Below, piece after piece: positions 9,501-18,476 of a stretch of 64,000 bases of DNA (the stretch's first letter is position 1; each line of letters starts with the position of its first letter). This DNA comes from Candidatus Omnitrophota bacterium (GTDB taxonomy: Bacteria; Ratteibacteria; UBA8468; MWAK01), in contig JBDRQI010000001.1 of assembly GCA_043826355.1 (NCBI GenBank), forward strand, positions 69,993 through 133,992, written 5' to 3'. The translations under genes were made by a program, and so were the position numbers. A model generated the notes under the pieces. That model was given only the letters and a program-made list of their open reading frames with translations. It was not told the origin of the DNA and searched no databases.

Positions 9501-12301
9501 TGAAAATAGGCGACGAGTCAAAGATTGAACTGGTGAAACAACTGTTAGATGCGCATGCGTATTGGCGGCTGAAAGGGCTGTCGGTCGATTTTCTCATTTG
9601 GAACGAGGACCAGTCGGGTTACCGGCAGATGCTTCACGACCGGATTATATCGCTGGTTACCGCCGGCACCAAGGCGGCTTTGGTGGATGTCTCGGGCGGC
9701 GTTTTCGTCAGGCGCGGCGACCAGATATCGGACGAGGACAAGATTTTGATGCAAGCGGCGGCGCGTATTATCATCACCGACATCGGCAGTCTCGAGGAAC
9801 AAATGAAGCGCCGGGGATATCCAGAGTTGAACATACCGGATTTAAAACCGGCAAACATTTCCGCGCCGGAATTATCAAATACTGAGAAAATTCCGGCGCG
9901 GGATTTGATTTTTAACAACGGTGTCGGCGGATTTACGCATGATGGCCGGGAATACGTGATAACCACAACTCCTTTTCTTCAAACCCCGGTTCCCTGGATA
10001 AACGTGCTCGCGAATCCATCATTCGGCACGGTCATTTCCGAAAGCGGGACGGCGTATACCTGGAGCGAAAACGCCCATGAATTCCGCCTTACGCCATGGT
10101 ACAACGACCCGGTAACGGACCGCGGCGGAGAAGCGTTCTATATTCGGGATGAGGAGACCGGTCAATTCTGGTCGGCCGCGCCGCTGCCCGCCCGCGGGAA
10201 AATGCCTTACGTAAGCAGACACGGATTCGGGTATTCGGTATTTGAATACTCCGACCAGGGCATCAGTTCGGAGATGTGGACCTATGTCGCGACCGACGCC
10301 TCCGTCAAATTCGTCTCTATAAAAGTGCGAAACAAATCCAACCGCAAGCGAAAGATTTCGGTGACCGGATACCTGGAACCGGTTCTGGGCCAATTCCGGG
10401 AGAAATCGCAGATGCACATCGTCAGCGGAATCGACCCGGAAAGCCGCTCTTTCTTTGTGCGGAATCCGTTCAGCATAGATTTTCCCAACCGCATTTTTTT
10501 CTTTGATGTGAACGGAGCGGAGCGGAGCGTAACGGGCGACCGGACGGAATTTATCGGGCGGAACGGCAGTCTCGCCAATCCCGCCGCGATGCGCCGGACA
10601 AAACTTTCCGGCCGAACGGGCGCCGGACTGGACCCATGCGCTGCGTTGCAAGTCCAAATTGAGTTGCCGGAAGAAGAAGAACAGGAGGTCGTGTTCTTCC
10701 TTGGGGCGGAAAAGAACGCAGAAGACGCCCGCAATCTGGTCCGGCGGTTTCGGAAACCGGGGTCCGCCAGACGGGCGCTGGAACAGGTATGGGGGTACTG
10801 GAACCGCATTTTGGGCGCCGTGAACGTTGAAACACCGGACCCGAAAATCAATATTCTGGTTAACGGCTGGCTGCTCTACCAGACGCTTGCCTGCCGGATA
10901 TGGGCGCGCAGCGGGTTCTATCAGTCCTCAGGCGCAATCGGGTTTCGTGACCAACTTCAGGATATGATGTCGGTCGTGCACGCGGAACCCGCCCTGTTCC
11001 GCGAGCATATCCTCTTGTGCGCATCGCGGCAATTCCGGGAGGGAGACGTACAGCACTGGTGGCATCCGCCGACCGGGCGCGGCGTGCGCACGCGCATATC
11101 AGACGACTATCTGTGGCTGCCGTTCACCGTCAGTTACTACGTGAAGAGAACCGGCGACCGAGGCGTGCTGGACGAGCCGGTTCGTTTCCTCCAGGGAAGA
11201 CCGCTGAACGCAAACGAGACCGATTACTACGATCTTTTCGGACGAACCGACGAAAGCGGCACGGTGTATGAACATTGCGTCAGGGCCATCAACAATGGCT
11301 TGAAATACGGACAGCACGGCTTGCCGCTTATCGGGTCAGGCGACTGGAACGACAGTTTAAATCAGGTCGGCGAAGGGGGAAGCGGAGAAAGCGTCTGGCT
11401 GGGTTTTTTCCTCTACGATGTGCTCATGCAGTTCTCGGCGCTCGCGCGCGAATACGCTGACCCGGTATTTGCGCAGCGCTGTCTCGCTGAAGCAGCCCGG
11501 CTGAAAAAAAATATCGACCGGTATGCCTGGGACGGACAATGGTATCGCCGGGCCTATTTTGACAACGGGGACCCTCTCGGTTCCGCGGTCAACGACGAGT
11601 GTCGGATTGATTCAATCTCTCAGAGTTGGTCCGTCCTGTCCGGCGCCGGAGATGCGCGGCGTTCCCGGGCGGCCATGGAATCCGTGAAGCAATTTCTTGT
11701 TCAGCGCGATGCCGGCCTCATTTTGCTGCTTGCGCCTCCTTTCAACGCGTCTTTGATGAAACCCGGCTACATCAAGGGATATTTGCCCGGTGTCAGGGAA
11801 AACGGCGGCCAGTACACGCACGCGGCTATCTGGGTGATTATGGCGTTTGCGGAGATGGGGGAGAAGCAGTTGGCCTGGGAATTGCTGCAAATGATAAACC
11901 CAATTACCCACGGCAAGACCCCTCAGGATATTCAAACATACAAGGTGGAGCCGTACGTCGTTGCCGCCGACGTTTATTCGGTTCCGACTCTCAACGGCCG
12001 GGGGGGATGGACCTGGTATACCGGTTCGTCCGGCTGGATGTATCGGCTGATTGTGGAATCACTGATGGGGCTGAACCGGTCCGGGGACGTGTTGCGGTTT
12101 GCCCCCCGCCTGCCGGACCACTGGAACTCATTCAAGATACATTACCGGTATCAAGAAACCGTTTACCACATTACCCTTGTGAAAACCGGGAGCGGCGGCC
12201 AAGTTAAGAGCGTAAGGGTTGATGGAGTTGAACAAGGAGACAAAAGCATTCACCTTGCGGACGACCGGAGGGAGCACACCGCGGAGATCACCATAGGGTA
12301 A
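3503..12301 (+). CDS. ndvB: Cyclic beta-1,2-glucan synthase (GT84 plus GH94-like phosphorylase domain)
   Basis: 2932 aa; ERKRGKL, TLDTDT, SHDLLEG, RWIRGDW, GFRDQLQD, GDWND, ENGGQYTH. Confidence 0.93.
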   Translation: MKKGKNVFFRLLTRFSASGKIYKPFRDSDADRPLRAELFSIEQLEQHAAEIARKHRVSPERGRDRLLGRLSGNERVLLEAHRLIATAVAREQEISPADEWFLDNFYLIKEQIRAVRQHLPKGYSRELPRLFTGQMAGYPRVYDIVLDLVSHVDGQVSPESFAGFIKGYQTVTPLSMGELWATPIMLRLALIENLRRIMARIIVNRGDWDKANDWVNRLLETAERQPGNLILLMADMARAHKSMRNSFIAEFARRLQNQGPVFAFTLTWIEQRLGEKGLTIEQVVQDENRQQAADQVSVSNSITSMRFVDETDWHAFIENVSIVEHILGDDPSGTYAHMDFTSRDRYRHVIEDIARQSDLTEIEVARTAVRLTREKAAGKEPGSPAAAHVGYYLVDKGLPDLEQAAGVRLPFFRKFRKMCGDTFRNCPLVFYLGTIFFLTALGTGALLISCYRYGIFTPAVIAFCLVTFLSVGQLAVELVNRAVTLTVRPRYLPRMDFFEGIPSSARTLVVIPTLLINRRDIENLLNQLEIRYLGNRDAHLHFALLTDFCDAPREAMPDDETLLTVARDGIRALNDKYGHERTDIFFLFHRPRRLNTQERIWMGHERKRGKLADLNAFLRGKTEDRFSDIVGDTRALQKVKYVLTLDTDTQLFHGSARQLVSVAEHPLNRPQYDEQKERVCKGYGIFQPRVGVNLLSANRSRFSQIFSGDPRFDPYTRAISDVYQDLFNEGSFIGKGLYDVDIFNRVLEGRFPANRILSHDLLEGCYARTALVSDVLICEDFPVMYGADVSRRHRWIRGDWQIAAWLFPYVPGPGGSRLKNPLSALSRWKIFDNLRRSLAPPALTLMLLLGWLVMGPVWLWTAVGAGIILGPSLLSAAAEFIRKTRGLTFRFRLRETSRSAGRYFVQTVFTLIFLPYEAYANLDAVLRTMVRLLFTRRGLLRWTAAKSAERKALKNQGSCWQKMWIAPLTAVCVTGYLAGFTSGIHPAPLAIIIPWFFSPLLAWWISLPLIRRETVLSRRQAAFLRILARKTWLFFETFNGAESNWLPPDNYQEHPLTRVAFRTSPTNIGFSLAANLAAYDFGYLSTGGLLERTEKTLAAMKQLDRFHGHFYNWYDIQTLKPLPPLYISAVDSGNLQCLLLILRQGLLELPDRDILPSPMFDGIADSLDLFLDAATPAPKQSRTDGDRSANPPADALRQLSEIRNKMGEVPRTPGLIKELLSRIVSELRSVVGVLSPPDDSEVFLWARTAEKLCASFLEELSFLTPWAEMFPIAEFRPDGLTPNDAAELKATLARLENIPTLRDVIRTGSAALLVLDRVSDASETAEAGEKKTLLLRRGLTDAVARAQERVENIETLALQCDDFADMNYDFLYNKSRQLLAVGFNVGEHRRDESHYDLLASEARLASFILISQGRLPLKHWFSLGRLVTAFRGEPALLSWSGSLFEYLMPLLVMPDYENTLLNQTYRTVVAWQIKYGADHRIPWGFSESGYNSIDAHKNYLYAAFGLPGLGFKRGLSENLVVAPYASALALMVDPENACQNLERMSREGSAGKYGLYEAVDYTRARLAHGESKAVVRSFMIHHQGMTLLAIAYALLNRPMQRRFGRDAAFRAAEPLLQEKVPDARPFFPGLSDELEIRREPGEHNALMRIFTSPNTPVPEVHLMSNGRYHVMVTNAGGGYSRWKDIAITRWREDATCDNMGIFCYIRDMSTGELWSVSSQPALRSSKFYEAIFSQSRAEFRCQDDRFHLHTEIAVSPEEDVELRRVNITNNTWKRHTVELTSYAEVVLASQDAEATHPVFNGLFLETEILRERQAVLCTRRPRSDKETPIWLTHLVTVHNAFRGDVSYETDRARFIGRGRTLRNPGSVNNGGKLSDSEGSVLDPVVAIRTTITIEPEQTAVVDLVFGIAQTRDDAVTLAGKYHDKYFADRIFALAWTHSQVVLHQLGITEPDAQLFGRLAGALLYAGIFRRAAPGLLAKNRRSQSGLWGYGISGDLPIVLLKIGDESKIELVKQLLDAHAYWRLKGLSVDFLIWNEDQSGYRQMLHDRIISLVTAGTKAALVDVSGGVFVRRGDQISDEDKILMQAAARIIITDIGSLEEQMKRRGYPELNIPDLKPANISAPELSNTEKIPARDLIFNNGVGGFTHDGREYVITTTPFLQTPVPWINVLANPSFGTVISESGTAYTWSENAHEFRLTPWYNDPVTDRGGEAFYIRDEETGQFWSAAPLPARGKMPYVSRHGFGYSVFEYSDQGISSEMWTYVATDASVKFVSIKVRNKSNRKRKISVTGYLEPVLGQFREKSQMHIVSGIDPESRSFFVRNPFSIDFPNRIFFFDVNGAERSVTGDRTEFIGRNGSLANPAAMRRTKLSGRTGAGLDPCAALQVQIELPEEEEQEVVFFLGAEKNAEDARNLVRRFRKPGSARRALEQVWGYWNRILGAVNVETPDPKINILVNGWLLYQTLACRIWARSGFYQSSGAIGFRDQLQDMMSVVHAEPALFREHILLCASRQFREGDVQHWWHPPTGRGVRTRISDDYLWLPFTVSYYVKRTGDRGVLDEPVRFLQGRPLNANETDYYDLFGRTDESGTVYEHCVRAINNGLKYGQHGLPLIGSGDWNDSLNQVGEGGSGESVWLGFFLYDVLMQFSALAREYADPVFAQRCLAEAARLKKNIDRYAWDGQWYRRAYFDNGDPLGSAVNDECRIDSISQSWSVLSGAGDARRSRAAMESVKQFLVQRDAGLILLLAPPFNASLMKPGYIKGYLPGVRENGGQYTHAAIWVIMAFAEMGEKQLAWELLQMINPITHGKTPQDIQTYKVEPYVVAADVYSVPTLNGRGGWTWYTGSSGWMYRLIVESLMGLNRSGDVLRFAPRLPDHWNSFKIHYRYQETVYHITLVKTGSGGQVKSVRVDGVEQGDKSIHLADDRREHTAEITIG

Positions 12302-12339
12302 ACAAACAGACCGCAAAATTAAATTTCCCAAAAGGTCTG

Positions 12340-12924
12340 ATGATTATCTGGAAGAGAAAGTTATACCGGATGGGGATGGGGACGTTATTTGCCTTCATCG
12401 CCTATTTTGGCGGGATAACCTGGGTACTATCTGTTCTGGGTTTTTGTCTGGCGCTCCTTATCCTGCTGGAATATGAACGGCGGATGCACCCGGGGCTTTA
12501 CCGGTGGATTGCCGGCCGTAGCCGCGGAATCTTCAAGAATTACGCCGGGTTTCTTTTGACCGACACCTATTTTGTGCTTTCCGTTTTCCTGGTTTTCTGT
12601 TTTTTTCCGCTGCCGATCGGTCTCGCCGCGCTCCTTTTTTTAACATACGGTGATGCGTTCAGCACCGTTATCGGAGTGAAGTTCGGCCGTCACCGGATTT
12701 TCCGGCGGAAGAGCCTTGAGGGGTTTCTCTCTTTTCTTTCCAGCGCTTCCGTCATCGCTTTACTTGTTTCAATCCTGCCCAGGCATCAACTTCCATTTGC
12801 AATCGGTTTGAGCGGCGCGTTAATTGCCGGTCTCACCGAACTTTTTTCCGTACCGCCGGACGACAATTTCAGCGTGACCTTGCTTTCCGGCTTGACCATG
12901 TTTTTGGCCAGCCGTTTTATTTAG
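12340..12924 (+). CDS. Membrane CTP-dependent kinase (dolichol/phytol/DAG kinase-like)
   Basis: Hydrophobic; GDAFSTVIG..FG, KSLEG and DDN motifs. Confidence 0.8.
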   Translation: MIIWKRKLYRMGMGTLFAFIAYFGGITWVLSVLGFCLALLILLEYERRMHPGLYRWIAGRSRGIFKNYAGFLLTDTYFVLSVFLVFCFFPLPIGLAALLFLTYGDAFSTVIGVKFGRHRIFRRKSLEGFLSFLSSASVIALLVSILPRHQLPFAIGLSGALIAGLTELFSVPPDDNFSVTLLSGLTMFLASRFI

Positions 12925-12948
12925 TATCAGATATGCTATAATCATAAT

Positions 12949-14424
12949 ATGAACCGGGAGCGCATTTTGGTTGAAAGGACGCTGGAATCTTTACTTAACG
13001 GCAAGGTTGCGGCAAACGTAATCGCTTTCCTGCTTAACCGGAAATTATTTCGGGACAGGGTATTTGCCGGGCTGAATTCTTACTTCCAGAAAATTTCTAA
13101 TCGTGATTATTCTATCAGCAAGAAAGAATATGACCGGCCGGCTGCGGTCTATTCGTTTCGTAGAAGTTTTGCCCGGGCTTTTTTAAATTCGCTGAGCGGT
13201 ATTTATCAAGAGTCCAACAAGGACTGCCGGGAAACGCTTTCAAAAGCGTTTGTGCATGGGTTTATTCTGCAGGGCATCCACGCACGGAGAGAAAAAAGGG
13301 AACCGATGCCGGGTTTTGTAACCATCAGCCCGACCAACGCGTGCAACCTAAAATGCACCGGATGTTATGCCGGGGAACAACTCCGAAAAGATACTATTGA
13401 ATATGACACCTTTAACTGGGTGACCAGGCAGATGAACCAAGAATTTAAAGCGCGCTTTATCGTTATTTCCGGCGGCGAACCGTTTATGTACAAATCGCAG
13501 GGGAAAAACCTGTTTGATTATCTGGAAAAGAACCGGCAGAATTACTACCTTATTTACACGAACGGCACGCTGATTAATAAGAATGCGGCGGAAAAACTTT
13601 CCCGAACCGGAAACGCGAGCCTTGCCATATCGGTAGAGGGTTTTGAGGCGGAAACAGACGGAAGGCGGGGCCCCGGCGTATATAAAAAAGTCCTGGAGGC
13701 AATGCGGAATTTAAGGGAAGCCGGGGTGTCTTTCGGCGTATCTTTTACGGCCACAAGCAAAAACGCGGCTCTTTTTATTGACGGTCGCCTGAGTAATTAT
13801 TTTATTAATAAACAGGGCGCAAAATACATCTGGGTATTTCAATACATGCCCATTGGCAGAAGTCCTTCCGTGGAGTTGGTTCCAACCCCGGAACAGAGAC
13901 TAAGCATGCTGCAAAAGACGAATGAACTGATTGAAAGGGGCATATTTACGGCCGATTTTTGGAATTCCGGAATCGCAAGCGACGGCTGCATGGAAGCGGC
14001 CCGGAAGGGGGGGTATTTTTATATACTGTGGACCGGTGAAATAACACCGTGCGTTTTTGATCCTTTTAAGGATAGGGATGAAAAAAGGAACAATGTCTGT
14101 GCCTTGAAAGAGAACAACCTGAACCTGAGGGACGCGCTTAATACGCCGTATTTCAAGGCCTCGAGAAACTGGCAGGATTCTTACTGGAGATTACAGCCGG
14201 CCGAAAGATGCGGCAATCTTTTAATGCCCTGCAAGATTCGCGATAATTCTAAAACTTTTTACGATATCATCAAAGAGACACAAGCGGTTCCCATCAGCGA
14301 AAATGCCGGCGGTTCCGATGCCTATTTGAAATTGATTGAAGAAGGGAAGATGCCTGCCTACAATTGCGCCTGCCGGGGGATTCTTGATCCTGTCTGGGAA
14401 AAAGAATTTGCCGGGACAAAGTAA
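12949..14424 (+). CDS. Radical SAM protein with C-terminal SPASM/twitch-like cysteines
   Basis: CNLKCTGC, SGGEP, YTNGT; C-terminal GC, PCVF and PC motifs. Confidence 0.9.
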   Translation: MNRERILVERTLESLLNGKVAANVIAFLLNRKLFRDRVFAGLNSYFQKISNRDYSISKKEYDRPAAVYSFRRSFARAFLNSLSGIYQESNKDCRETLSKAFVHGFILQGIHARREKREPMPGFVTISPTNACNLKCTGCYAGEQLRKDTIEYDTFNWVTRQMNQEFKARFIVISGGEPFMYKSQGKNLFDYLEKNRQNYYLIYTNGTLINKNAAEKLSRTGNASLAISVEGFEAETDGRRGPGVYKKVLEAMRNLREAGVSFGVSFTATSKNAALFIDGRLSNYFINKQGAKYIWVFQYMPIGRSPSVELVPTPEQRLSMLQKTNELIERGIFTADFWNSGIASDGCMEAARKGGYFYILWTGEITPCVFDPFKDRDEKRNNVCALKENNLNLRDALNTPYFKASRNWQDSYWRLQPAERCGNLLMPCKIRDNSKTFYDIIKETQAVPISENAGGSDAYLKLIEEGKMPAYNCACRGILDPVWEKEFAGTK

Positions 14425-14451
14425 AACCCCTCAGGTTTTATACCCAAAATT

Positions 14452-15552
14452 ATGCATTCGATAAATTTCGGGAAGACGCCGTATAAGGTAAAAAGGCTGG
14501 GGTTTGGAATGATGCGTCTTCCCGTGCTTGCCAACGGAAAGGTAAATTTCCAATTTTCCACCCCGATGATTCAATATGCGATTGAACACGGGGTTAATTT
14601 TCTGGATTCGCACCATTTCTATCATAACGGTGAAAGCGAGGAGGCGATCGGAAGGGCCATCCAGGGCATCCCGAGAAATAATATTATTCTTCAGACAAAG
14701 ATCGGGATGTATAATAATTACACCGGAAAAGAGTGCCGGCGTTTGTTAGAGCAGGCTTTAAAGAAGATGAAGACCGATTATATCGATTTTTATTTTTGCC
14801 ACAGCCTCAAGTGGGAGGACCACCTTAAATACGGAAAGTTATTTCGTCGTTTTACCGGAAAAGCGATGAATCAGGGATTAATCAGGTACCGGGGATTTTC
14901 CTCCCACGATGAGCCGGAAAATATCAAAAAACTGATAACTTCGGGGGAGTTTTCAGCCATGCTTGTGCAGTATAATATTCTGGACCGCAGTAACGAAGAA
15001 GTTATTGCCCTGGCCTGTGAAAAGGGGATGGGCGTGGAGGTAATGGGGCCGCTCGCCGGCGGGATGCTGGGTTTCCCGAATGAAAAAATCCTGCAATGCT
15101 CTCCAATCAAGGTAAAAAGCGCGGCGGAACTGTCTCTTAAATTCGTCCTGGCAAACCCCAACGTTCATGTCGCTTTTTCCGGAATGAGTACCCTTCAACA
15201 GGTAGCGGAGAATATCGACAGCGTTTCAAGCGCTTCCCTGTTTTCCCGTCACGATATTAAAAAATTGGACCAAATCTTTGAAGACCAGAAAAGATTGCTT
15301 AATCTTTATTGCACCGGCTGCCGGTATTGTCTGCCCTGTCCGAATAAAGTTAACATTCCCGGCATATTCCGGCTGTACAATTTAGGGCAGGTTTACGGGC
15401 TGACGGAAAAGGCAAAAAAGGATTACCTGGCGTTGAATCCCGAAGAAAGAGTTTCCCGGTGTCTTGAGTGCGGAAAATGCGAGGGAAAATGTCCCCAGAA
15501 GATTCCGATTCAAGAAAAACTGAAACAAGCCGGAGTTTATTTTGAAAAGTAA
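14452..15552 (+). CDS. Aldo/keto reductase with C-terminal Fe-S domain
   Basis: LGFGMMRLP, GFSSH, CTGCRYCLPCP and CLECGKCEGKCP. Confidence 0.92.
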   Translation: MHSINFGKTPYKVKRLGFGMMRLPVLANGKVNFQFSTPMIQYAIEHGVNFLDSHHFYHNGESEEAIGRAIQGIPRNNIILQTKIGMYNNYTGKECRRLLEQALKKMKTDYIDFYFCHSLKWEDHLKYGKLFRRFTGKAMNQGLIRYRGFSSHDEPENIKKLITSGEFSAMLVQYNILDRSNEEVIALACEKGMGVEVMGPLAGGMLGFPNEKILQCSPIKVKSAAELSLKFVLANPNVHVAFSGMSTLQQVAENIDSVSSASLFSRHDIKKLDQIFEDQKRLLNLYCTGCRYCLPCPNKVNIPGIFRLYNLGQVYGLTEKAKKDYLALNPEERVSRCLECGKCEGKCPQKIPIQEKLKQAGVYFEK

Positions 15553-15592
15553 GACCGCTCCTCTCAATCTGAAATTAACCGGAGGGAAAAAG

Positions 15593-16366
15593 ATGAAAAG
15601 ATGGATATTGATTGCTTGCCTGGGGTTTTTGGCGGTTGGGCTTTCCGGCTGCATGGAGCTGGAAAGCCGGTATCATATTTATCCGGATGGGTCGGGAAAG
15701 ATGTCCGGACTCTTCAGCCTGGACCCGGTAGCGATGATGAGCGCGCTGTCCGGCACCTTCAAAACGCCAGCGGCAACCGGCACGGATGCCGCCCAGAATT
15801 CTCCGGCGACAACCAATCCGTCTGCCGAGTTCGAGAAGATGGGTATTTCCGGTATCTCTAAAATTAACACAACCGTTACGGTCTATTATACCGACATCTT
15901 GAAGTTCAGTGAATCCGCAAGCCAGAATAAACCGGCGGTTAAAGAACTGGTCTGGGAGAAGAAAGACGGCCTCTATCATATTAGGGTCGTGCCGGACATG
16001 AATAAATTGAACGAACCGCCGGCGTTATCCGGCAAGGAATCCGATAAAGAAACTCCTTCGGCAATGATGAATAATCCCGCCAACAAGGGAATGATGTTGA
16101 TGCTGCTGCAGGATGTAAAATTTTCCTTCATTCTGGTGATGCCCGGCAAAGTGGTTAAAAGCAACGGCAAAGCCGAAGGCCGGGAGGTCAGGTGGGAATT
16201 TACCGGAAACGGATTGATGAACGGACAGGAACTTGTGTTTGAGGCTTTTTCGGAAACATCCTGTCCGGAATTGGACGAGGAATTCCGGAAGTTTAAGGAA
16301 GATTCATCCGCGGCCAACAAAAAGATGAAAGAAGCCGTTACTTCTTTTGTCCCGGCATCAAAGTAG
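15593..16366 (+). CDS. Hypothetical lipoprotein
   Basis: GGAGG SD, signal peptide ending in lipobox LSGC. Confidence 0.75.
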   Translation: MKRWILIACLGFLAVGLSGCMELESRYHIYPDGSGKMSGLFSLDPVAMMSALSGTFKTPAATGTDAAQNSPATTNPSAEFEKMGISGISKINTTVTVYYTDILKFSESASQNKPAVKELVWEKKDGLYHIRVVPDMNKLNEPPALSGKESDKETPSAMMNNPANKGMMLMLLQDVKFSFILVMPGKVVKSNGKAEGREVRWEFTGNGLMNGQELVFEAFSETSCPELDEEFRKFKEDSSAANKKMKEAVTSFVPASK

Positions 16367-16479
16367 GCCGCTGGTTTTGGTTGATAAAGACCATTCGGAT
16401 TCTGGCAGGCGAATCGAATTTAACCGGTTATTTGACGCGGTTGTTGATAATCGGAAAGGCGGATATGGAGGAGAAAATT

Positions 16480-16581
16480 ATGAAGAAGAAGATTGAGTTC
16501 CTGTTGATAATTTTAGTCGGTATTCTCTTTTTAGCCGGTTGCCGGCTCCACTGGGGCGTGGGTGTAGGGGGCACGTTATAA
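16480..16581 (+). CDS. Very small lipoprotein (33 aa)
   Basis: GGAGGAG SD; MKKKIEFLLIILVGILFLAG-CRLHWGVGVGGTL; stop lies 1 nt before the next ATG. Confidence 0.65.
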   Translation: MKKKIEFLLIILVGILFLAGCRLHWGVGVGGTL

Positions 16582-16582
16582 G

Positions 16583-17239
16583 ATGAAAATCTTACTTATC
16601 TCGTCCAGCCCGCACCGGGCAGAGAGCAAAACCCTTTTGTTGGCGCAAGAGGTGGCAAGAGGGTGCGGGCAGAAAGAAGCGGAAACGGAAACAATTTACC
16701 TGGGAAACCTGAAAATAGGGTTCTGCCGCCACTGCGAGGCATGCCATAAGAAGATTCTCGCTTGTCCGATAAAAGATGATGTCCCGATGATTTTGACTAA
16801 AATGCTTGAAGCGGACGGAATAATCCTGGCTAGTCCGAACTATATCAACCAGGTGACGGCTTCAATGAAAGCGCTCTTTGACCGTTCCAGCCATTTTATC
16901 CATTGCTTGAGACTAACGGGAAAACATGTAGTCGGTGTGGTTTCTTCCGGAAGCGGCTGGGATAAGGCAGTGCTGGATTATCTGCAGTATTACACGAATG
17001 GCTGCGGGGCCTGGTATTCCGGCGGTGTCTCGTCGCAGGCCTTGACCGTTCCGGAGGCGCTGCCGGAGGCAAACGCTCTGGGTAAGAGACTGGCCGCCGA
17101 CATTACCGAAAAGAGCATCTTACCCGACCAGGAGAGGGCTATCGGGATGCACAAGAAGCGCTTCCGAAAAATTATCGCGCTGAGGAAGGATGAGTGGGTG
17201 GCAGAATATCAGTACTGGCTTGACAAGAACTGGTTGTAA
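16583..17239 (+). CDS. Iron-sulfur flavoprotein / flavodoxin-like FMN reductase
   Basis: SSP, CxxCxxC...C, ASPNY and KALFDR. Confidence 0.88.
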   Translation: MKILLISSSPHRAESKTLLLAQEVARGCGQKEAETETIYLGNLKIGFCRHCEACHKKILACPIKDDVPMILTKMLEADGIILASPNYINQVTASMKALFDRSSHFIHCLRLTGKHVVGVVSSGSGWDKAVLDYLQYYTNGCGAWYSGGVSSQALTVPEALPEANALGKRLAADITEKSILPDQERAIGMHKKRFRKIIALRKDEWVAEYQYWLDKNWL

Positions 17240-17293
17240 GCACAAAGCGATTGCTTACCGCCGGGTTTGTCAAACCCTATCCCTTGATTCGTT

Positions 17294-18475
17294 ATGCCAA
17301 AGAGAAGGTTTATCGTCCATCTGGATATGGATGCCTTTTTCGCCGCGATTGAAGAGCGGGATAACCCGGATTTACGGGGCAAGCCGGTGGTTATCGGCGC
17401 CGACCCGAAAGCCGGCCGGGGTCGGGGCGTCGTGTCCACCTGTTCGTATGCGGCCCGAAAATTCGGCATCCATTCCGCCATGCCCATCTCCATCGCCTAC
17501 CGGAAGTGCCCCGGGGCCGTCTTCTTAAAGCCGGATATGGAAAAATACAGCGCCGTTTCCAACCGGATAATGGAAATTCTTTATACCTTCACCCACGCCG
17601 TGGAACCGGTGAGCGTTGACGAAGCGTTTTTAGACATAAGCGACACCTATGTTCATTTCGGGACCCCGCTCCAGACCTGTCTGTTGATTAAATCACGGAT
17701 AAAGGAAGCCGAAGGATTAACCGCTTCAGTCGGGCTGGCGCCGAATAAATTAGCGGCCAAAATCGCTTCCGAAATCAAGAAGCCGGACGGCATGGTTGAG
17801 GTTACGCCGGAAAACCTGCTTGCTTTCCTGCGGCCCCTGAGCATAAAAAAAATCTGGGGTCTGGGTGAGAAGAGCCGGCTGGCTCTGGAAGAAAGAGGCA
17901 TTAAGACCATCGGCGAACTCGCCGGCCGGGATATCCGGGAAATAATCGCCCTGTTCGGCAAGACCGGCGCCTATTTCTGGCAACTGGCCAACGGCATAGA
18001 TGAACGGGAAGTAGAGCCGGAAACCGAGGCCAAATCAATCAGCAACGAATTTACCTTTGACGAGGACACTTCGGCTGTTCCGGAAATCAAAGCCGCCCTG
18101 CTTTCTCTTTGCGAAGAAGTATCAAGCCGTTTACGGCAGGCCGGGCACAAAAGCAGGACGGTCACTGTAAAGATACGTTTTGGCGATTTTAAAACGTTTA
18201 CCAGAGCGGTTACGATTAAGGAGCCGACCAACTCCGCGGACACAGTTTACCGGAAAATCAAACTGCTGGCGGACGGTTTTTTGACCGGAAGGAAAAAAGT
18301 GCGGCTGGTCGGGGTAAAGGTTTCCGGCCTCATTCCTTCAGATATCCAGGGCGTCCTTTTTAAATCAGAAGGCGAGAACCGGTCCGAAAAGTTGTATCAG
18401 GCGATAGATGAAATCAGGGAGAAATTCGGATATGATTCCATCTACCGGTCAAGCACCAGAAGCATCCGTAAGTAG
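17294..18475 (+). CDS. dinB: DNA polymerase IV
   Basis: HLDMDAFFA, SYAARKFG, SVDEAFLD, AKIAS..KPDG. Confidence 0.96.
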   Translation: MPKRRFIVHLDMDAFFAAIEERDNPDLRGKPVVIGADPKAGRGRGVVSTCSYAARKFGIHSAMPISIAYRKCPGAVFLKPDMEKYSAVSNRIMEILYTFTHAVEPVSVDEAFLDISDTYVHFGTPLQTCLLIKSRIKEAEGLTASVGLAPNKLAAKIASEIKKPDGMVEVTPENLLAFLRPLSIKKIWGLGEKSRLALEERGIKTIGELAGRDIREIIALFGKTGAYFWQLANGIDEREVEPETEAKSISNEFTFDEDTSAVPEIKAALLSLCEEVSSRLRQAGHKSRTVTVKIRFGDFKTFTRAVTIKEPTNSADTVYRKIKLLADGFLTGRKKVRLVGVKVSGLIPSDIQGVLFKSEGENRSEKLYQAIDEIREKFGYDSIYRSSTRSIRK

Positions 18476-18476
18476 T

